From Eledone cirrhosa (taxonomy: Eukaryota): 64,000 nucleotides of DNA. Below the pieces are notes generated by a model. That model had not been told where the DNA came from. It did not search any database and was given only the letters and a program-made list of their open reading frames with translations. This document shows, piece by piece, positions 56,341 to 64,000 of the stretch. Each line of letters starts with the position of its first letter. Position 1 is the stretch's first letter. The stretch lies in contig OZ024740.1 of assembly GCA_964016885.1 (NCBI GenBank), positions 351,664,001 through 351,728,000 of the forward strand, given 5' to 3'. A program made the translations under genes and the position numbers.

Positions 56341-58252
56341 ATTGGTGAGTGGAAGTCCTCATAAATAATTACAGTGCTTCACTAAAATCTATAGATACAA
56401 TCTGTTATATAGAATAACATGAAGTAGTTTGTGTACTTAGCAATAGAACATCCCTAAGCTTGAGTCAATGGATGAGGCTTCTGTATGGTTGATCACTCAG
56501 CAAGAAATAGTAGTGAAATCATGTACATTCCATTGACATATAACTAGAGAAACACATTGGATAATGTAGTTCTAAATAGGTGGGATGGTCATGACTGGAA
56601 CACCCTTGATCATAGGTCTGTTTAGTCAGTGATGACCTGAGGTTAAGCAACAACAATAACAACAGTATTAAGTGTTTATGGCTGAACTTAATACAACAAT
56701 GATGAGTAGTTTGTATTTATCTCAATACATTACTGAATATTTAAAATTCAATCGGAATAATTTATTTTCAACTTAACATTGCCTCTCAGGTATATGCGAT
56801 CACCATGATAATGTGAAAATACAATATGGTTTTAGTTCCTTTTAACAATACAGCATCAATGAGTGTTTGATGAGAGACCTAAATTCAACAGAAAAGAATG
56901 CTTTGGGGGTTTTAGGCTTTAACTGACTTAATTTTATTTTAATAAAAAATTTAATAAAAAATTATTATATGAATATAAATAAAACATTTTCTTTCTAAAA
57001 CAATTTGTGTTCTTTTTAATGTCTTATTTGAATTACAGTAGTGGGGATTGTCTGTAAAATATTGGTGTGAGTTCCATGATAAAATAGGTTTGTGAACCAC
57101 TCACTAACTTAAACATGATCTGTATCCCAGTGAGATGTAGCAGCTGTAGTAGTAGTAGCTGCAGCAGTAGTAATGATAATAGTATTAGTGGTGGTAGTAA
57201 AAGTTGGAATAGTAGTTCTAGTAGAGAAGATATGATAGTCCACTGTGATTTATCAAAGCAATGGGATTTTAATTCACAAATCAGGACCCCAAACAAACAA
57301 AAAGCACTTAAAAAATTGTAAAAACAAATACAAGGTGAATTTCAAACACAACACATCTCTCCTTTTCAATTTGCTTTGTATTCACTATATTTTCTCTCAG
57401 ATTACACTCATTATTTAAAATGTTGATAATGTTTGTAAAAGGTAAAGGCAATATTGGTATTTTGATGTTTGGGGTTGGTAAGGTATATACAAAGAATTCT
57501 CCAAGGTGTTGGTAATGGAAAGTACTAAATGTTGAGGAAGATATAGGAGGAAGTAGGTTCTAAGTTCAAATTTCAGGATATTGGGCCACACAGGCAATAT
57601 AATATAGGATCAAGTTTGTGTTGCAATTTGCCATACTGTAGAGCTGTCCAAGCAATGCTAGCAGAGAACAAAAGTTATGCTAAATCAGTAAGGATGGAGA
57701 GGAGAAAAAGCAGTTAACATCCTATATTTGTTTTACTTTTCCTCATCATTATCATTGTGTTTGTTTTAACATGCTGGCATTGCTTGGATATTCTATTCCA
57801 TAAATGTATTCTGATTCTAGGAACTATATTTCAAGAGATTTTTATTCCAGTGTGTTGCAGGTCACCAAAATGTTGGTTGCGAAACAATGGCAAAAATGGC
57901 TGCTATCCAAGAATTATTTATGGTAAGAAACATCATGCTGTAAATTGAATAATTATCCACCAAGTGAGAAAGAACTGACAGATTTGAAATAAATTAACTC
58001 TTTTAAGTACATTGTTGCTAAAAAACAAACAAAAAAACAACAAAAAAAAACAAACTCAACTGTAAACTCTGTTGTCAATAGGTTAATTCCTTTCACCCTT
58101 ACAGCTGTTGGTATTATTCAAAGTGATGACTACTGGAAATCTTAATACCCAATCGTTAATACCTTTCAACTCCCCAGCTGTTAGAAGACCTTACAATGGC
58201 AACATAAATATAAACCATTTTAACTGTGTCTTTTTGGCAAATGTTGTTGGTA

Positions 58253-58291
<39 letters not shown>

Positions 58292-58532
58292 CACACACAC
58301 ACATAAGAAAAGTAGAAATTTAGACATTACTTTATCTGAGGTATTGTGTCATCAATGAAATATTTATATAACACTGCTTCGTTTTGTATTGAAATGGATA
58401 AAACAAGCAATAAAAAAAGCCACTTCATATCAACTGTGAACAGCCCTGTTATGATATGCATAAAGGATTTATCTGGTGGATGAAAGATTAAAAACCAACA
58501 AAACAATAGAAACCAATGGCATTTAGACTTAC

Positions 58533-58674
58533 CTTTCTGCTAAACCACCTTCTGTTAAACCAGAAATGGTAATAGGATCCATAGGATTATCAGTACCAGA
58601 TATTGTAATTCCAAGAACACCACCACGTTTCTGCAACTCAACAGTATATGTCACACAGTCTTCAGAATCTTCAT
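58533..58674 (-). CDS. GRIP1: GRIP exon: N-terminal half of PDZ6
   Basis: ttctttgtag acceptor and gtaagt donor; [48 protein letters not shown] matches recalled vertebrate GRIP1 PDZ6 ([39 protein letters not shown]); not in the ORF track. Confidence 0.95.
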
Positions 58675-59882
58675 CTACAAAGAATAATTTGAAGAAATGC
58701 CAGAAAGAAATCTAAGTGACTTATCAATATGATATTTTGTTTGAAATTTTCTGACAAGGCATCTATCAATCAATCTATCTATAGATCTAACTATTTATCT
58801 ATCACAACTACCTACCTATCTCACATCACCATATCTAATTGTTTATTGTGACTATTGTGATATACCTATCATGTTGAGTTGTACCTGGAGCAGCGTGAAA
58901 TAAAGTGATTTGCTCTAGGACTCAATGCGTCACCGGAAATAGACTTTACAATCATCAGCCTAACGTCCTAACAGCTTAAAAATTACATAGAATGCTTCAC
59001 TTCCAACAATTGAGGAAACAAACCAAATTCCAAGTGCTTACCAATGGGTCTCCGAACACAGAAGAGCTGAACCCCCACTGTCATCGCCTCCATCTCTCTT
59101 GCCCTCCCCATCTCTCAGTATTATGAGCAAATGGGGTCCCACGTGCTGGCCGCCCCACAGCCCCGGCAGACAGAATGGAGAAGGTGTTCCTATCTAGTTA
59201 ACCTATCTAGTTAACATATCTATCCATAAATTAGTCAGTGTATTAACACACACACACACATATATCATCATCATCATCATTACCATTTTATGTCCATTCT
59301 TCCACACTAGCATAGGTTAGATGAGTTGTCCTGTTGTGAACAATGCCAGATCAGGTGACTATGTCTTGCTCATACAAAACTGTTTTCTACAGCTGGATGC
59401 CCTTCCTAACACCAACCTCATTTACAGTGAGTACCATGGCGCCTACATGACCACTCTACAGTGTGGACTGGGTGCTTTTTTTATCATGACACCTACACAT
59501 CTACTTTACAGTGGGAGGGGTGGGTGCATTCTGTCTATATGCTCCAGCTTCTGTTTGTACCTGTGGGAAGTCAGGTCTTCTGTAGTACTGCGTAACAGCA
59601 GAGGTCTCGGTCCTGTGCCATCGCCTTTGAGAGGTGCAATTGGGCCAAGATCAACTTTTATCACTTCATCCCAGGTTTTCTTGGGGTCTCCTCACTCCAA
59701 GTCTTCCATCAACTTTTAGCACTCTGCACCTTTTTATGTAGCTGTTATCCTTATTTTCTACTCGCTCATATATTCACCCAGCTTATACTGATAGAATAAC
59801 TATGTAGCTTGTGTCTTTCCTATCTTTGGTTAGCTTTCCTCTGTGTTGTTTACTTGTCTCACTCGCTTTACGCGTTTTAATT

Positions 59883-59983
59883 GTCCTAATAACTTATTTT
59901 AGTTATTATTGCGCCAACGTGAGGTATATGATTTTTAATGCAATGAAATACCTATGACCGTTGGTAAATCACTGATGAGGGAC
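59883..59983 (+). ncRNA. Diverged homolog of the permuted hammerhead in an older solo repeat
   Basis: AGGTA-TA-TGATTT ... GAAA-TACCT ... AAATCA-CTGATGA with compensatory substitutions relative to copies 1-3. Confidence 0.7.
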
Positions 59984-60698
59984 TCATTTTATAACATGTT
60001 ATCCATGTGCAACCATGCAGTATTCTTATCCCCATTTTTTCACATATATATATATATATATATACATTTTTCTCCAAAAAGTCTGACTGAACACATACAT
60101 GCTTTTACTCCCCAACATTTTTTTCCATTTCTTCATTGTACTGTATTGTTTACTTTGTTGTTTCTGTTAACTTTTTCCATCCATCTGCTGATTCTCCCCG
60201 CCTCTCTCCCTATATATATATATATATAACCCATGATACCATGGAAAAATGGACGTTAAATAGTGATGATGATATATATATATATATAGGGAATGTAACG
60301 TGCAGTTACTGTAAGTTCTGTGAGCACTCGATGCATAGTTTCCAGTTGGTAAAGAGGTGTAGAACTAAGCAGAGTGTAATTATAATAATAAAAGAACGAT
60401 ATGTTATGTCTTCATTACATTTATTGAGTAGTGACCTCTACAGAGGTCCGACGAGCTTTTGATTCCAGAGTCAGGCTAGATTGATACAGATCAAACCTTG
60501 AGCTGATCAATAGCGAAACACACGTCACTACTCATTAAACGTAATGAATACATAACACATTGTTCTTTTATATATATGGGGGAGAGCTGAAGGTGGGATG
60601 TTGGAGCAGTAGGTGGAAGAGAAAACTTAATAGAGGTACATTGAGACCCATGCTGTATTGCTATTGTAGTTGTTAGACTATATTTATTTAATCCTTAC

Positions 60699-60844
60699 CT
60701 CCATATGGATCATCTCTTCGAAGTTTTAGCACAATTATATCATCTGCAGTCTCTAACAAATTAGCAGCCTCATCAGCACAACAAGGTTCCATCCGAATAT
60801 CATTGATGGATAAAAGTTTATCTCTTGGCTGTATAGAACCACAT
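60699..60844 (-). CDS. GRIP1: GRIP exon: C-terminal half of PDZ5 (upstream exons lie outside the window)
   Basis: tttacacag acceptor and gtaagg donor; encodes (R)CGSIQPRDKLLSINDIRMEPCCADEAANLLETADDIIVLKLRRDDPYG, a PDZ C-terminal half; phase 2 to 1, in frame with the next exon. Confidence 0.9.
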
Positions 60845-61964
60845 CTGTGTAAAAGGAAAAAAGAAAACATTAATACGTAATGCTACTTCTTTTCAGTTAT
60901 AGTAGTCTTATGATGAATAAAGTAGACAGCTTTGTTCAATGTTTTAATGAAATGATTTTATGTCTTGTACAGCAGATGGAGTATCAGTTACTCAGATTTG
61001 AAATTATGAAGAAAGAAAGAAAGAGATCTTTTATTGTTTTGTTGACACAGTTAGTTTTAACAGACTCTGAATGATAAGACTCAAAATAAGACACAAGAGA
61101 ACCTTTGTGCTGCTACTTGGCCTGCTAAAAACAGTAGCCAAATTTTCCTCAAATAAGGCCTTACCATCTCATTAAAAAAACAAAAATAAATATAGGAATT
61201 AGATAATATAATGTATGAAAACAAACTACAGAATAATTATGGCTTGAACAAATTCTTTTTAACAATTGATCTGTCAATTGTATTAACTTCAATTCTTGAC
61301 TACCATTTATCTTATTGGTCTACCCCATAGAAAAAAAAAAAACCAATGCTGAATCCCTTACTACAACCCACCCATGACATAGAACAAGGTCATAGATTTT
61401 GGGAAAGTAGGTTCATTTGATACTACAGGCATCATTGCTTGATTCACAATTATTTTTTTGGACCTTCAATAAGATGAAAAAGTTGATCAAAACAACTTAC
61501 TATATATTCTCAAATATAAGCTAGGGAATATATAACCAAAAAATTGAAGGTAGAAGGGGGTCAGCTTATATTCGGGGGTCAATATTTTGATGATTTTCAC
61601 CAACTTCATTTGGAGTTTTGTCCTTTTCTCCGACATTAAATTAGTGGGGTCAGCTTATATTTGAGTATATATGGTAACTATAATAATTTCTAACTTAGGT
61701 GCAACGCCTTATATTTGTAGAGAGAGGATGACATAGTTAATTACAATAACCTTAATACTTCAGTTACTATATTTTATAAATACTGGAAGGATGAAAGCAA
61801 AATTGACATCACCAGGACTTGAACTTAGAATGTAAAGAATTATAAATAAATACTACAAGATATGTCACTTGCCTGATACATCAAAAATGACTTAATCCTA
61901 TGGAATTAGCTATGCTGGAGTTTGAATTCAATGTATATAATTGATACAATGGTGATGGTAAGTA

Positions 61965-64000
61965 TCATCATCATCATCTTCGTTTAACGTCCATTTTCCA
62001 CGCTAGCATGGGTTAGATGGGAGTTGTCCCACTTGAGGCAAGGCTGGTCGGGTGACCGTGTCTCGCTCATATAGGACTATCTGGCAGGTTTTCTACGGCT
62101 GGATGCCCTTCCTAACACGAACCACATTTGCAGTGTGGAACTGGGAACTTTTTACCGTGTTACCTACACGACCACATTACAGTGTGGACTGTGTGTTTTT
62201 TCTCGTAACACCTACACGATCTCGATCTCGATCTCATTTATCTCATTTATTTGGACTGGATGTTGTGGTACCAACTTTATAGAGAGGGGGTGGTGTTGGT
62301 GGGAGTGGGAGGATAGGGTAGGGGTAGTGGATTGGGGTGTATATTTGGTTAAGAGGTGCTTACTGACTGTAGGTTTCGCTTTGTACTTAGGCAAGGTGGG
62401 TCTTCTGTATTACTGCGTAGCACCAAAGATCTCGGTCCAGAGACATTGTCTTAGAGAAGTGCAAGTGTGTAAGGTCGGAATTTATCAGATCGTCCCAGGT
62501 TTTTCTGGGTCTACCTACTCCGTAACTACCATCAATTTTGATCGCCCTGCACTTTTTTTATACAGCTGTCATCTTTCATGCGCATCACATGACCATACCA
62601 ACGTAGTCTTCTCTCAAGTAAACAGCATCTGATCCCTCTTATTCCTAATTTCTCACTTAGTTCATTTATGCTTTGCCGTTCACGTATATTACTATTACAC
62701 ATCCAATGGAGCATGCATGCCTTGTTCCTTTCCAGTCTACGCAGGTCCTCTGCACATAATGCCCATGTCTCACTGCCATGTAGCATTGGTGTTCGTATAC
62801 AAGCATCATACAATCTGCCTTTCATTTTTAAAGAGAAACCTTTTGTGGCCAACAGCAGTATAAGCTCTCTGAACTTTTTCCATCATGTTCTGACTCTGGC
62901 TACTGTACTTTCAGAACACCCTCCACCACTGCTGATTTCATCACCCAGGTAACGGAAAGTGTCTACTATTTCTATGGAACCATCTGGGCAATAGAAGGGG
63001 CTAGTATTCTGTGGACACTTGCTACCTATTGCACCTGAGCATCGGCCACATATAAAGTCTACATTCTTAGATAGTCTACCTGTGATCCCACTACATCTTT
63101 TATGTACCAAACTTTGCATTTGGGACATAAAATTGAATTTCTGCCTACTCCTTTCCTACACACTGAGCAAGGCCATTTCCCTGAGGGTACCTCTGCCTTA
63201 TTTTCCTTTCTACAAACTAGGACTTTAGTCTTAGACAAGTTAACTTTAAGGCCTTTTGATTCTAGGCCATGCTTCCATGTTTGGAATTTCTTCTCTAGTT
63301 CAGCCATTGATTCAGCTATGAGCATTAGATCATCTGCGTATAGGAGTTCCCATGGGCAGCCAGTCTTTAACTCCTCTGTTATAGCCTGCAGGGCAATAAT
63401 AAATAGGAGGGGGCTAAGGACAGAGCCTTGGTGAACACCAACTTTTACACTAAATTCTTCACAATATTCATTGTTAATTCTAACCTTACTGACTGTTTCA
63501 TTATACATAGCTTGTATAGCTCTCACAAGCCATTCATCTACACCTAGTTTTCTAAGAGCCCACCAGATAATCGAGCGGGGTACTCTGTCAAAGGCTTTCT
63601 CCAAGTCAACAAAAGCTAAGTATAGGGGTTTACTTTTAGCCAGTTGTCGTACAATGAAAAGAGCGTCTGTTGTACTTTTACCTGACACAAACCGGAACTG
63701 CATTTCATCTAGATCAATTTGCTCTCTGATCAGTTGCGCTATAACTCTTTCTGTGACCTTCATGAGCTGGTCAACTAACTTAATGCCTCTATAGTTTCCT
63801 CTATCTAGAGCATCTCCTTTACCCTTGTAGCAGTTAATGATGATGCTGCTACGCCAGTCTTTTGGTATGACCCCATTCTGTATTACTTGGTTAACTATAC
63901 GGGTGACCATAGTGTGACCCACCGATCCAGATGCCTTCAACATCTCAGCAACTATCTCCGAAGGCCCAGCTGCCTTGCCTGTCTTCATATCTTTGATTGC
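61965..64000 (-). mobile_element. RTE-clade LINE with frameshifted RT, Cys/His-rich insertion and (GAT)n tail; continues beyond the window
   Basis: KGKGDALDRGNYRGIKL, AFVDLEKAFDRVPR, GVHQGSVLSPLLF, LYADD, WPCSVCRKGV, RRLRWYGHVMR. Confidence 0.95.

Noticed and set aside
57033-57321. Ser-rich and Leu-rich ORFs
   Set aside because: Decayed (AGT/AGC)n repeat with no phase-compatible exon evidence

Overview
AT-rich, repeat-dense eukaryotic DNA. The SINE/RTE repeat families and (TA)n load suggest a cephalopod, probably Octopus (inference). The only host gene is on the minus strand: the 3' part of a GRIP (glutamate receptor-interacting protein) multi-PDZ scaffold gene. Seven in-phase GT-AG exons encode the end of PDZ5, PDZ6, a linker and PDZ7, with the stop at 1902. 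A possible extra exon runs into an N gap. A 34-kb intron splitting PDZ6 holds a cluster (about 27.6-43.9 kb) of at least four different Penelope-like retroelements (PLEs) set in (TA)n tracts. Three carry a well-formed type I hammerhead ribozyme (HHR) and the fourth a degenerate one. The most striking item is a non-coding, tandem-plus-inverted 597-nt element (32451-33666) with three copies of an apparent hammerhead whose core strands lie in a non-circularly permuted, pseudoknotted order. A diverged homolog at 59883-59983 shows compensatory changes in most helices. The rest is RTE LINEs, tRNA-SINEs, MITEs and microsatellites. All alignments and folds were done by eye and no database was searched.
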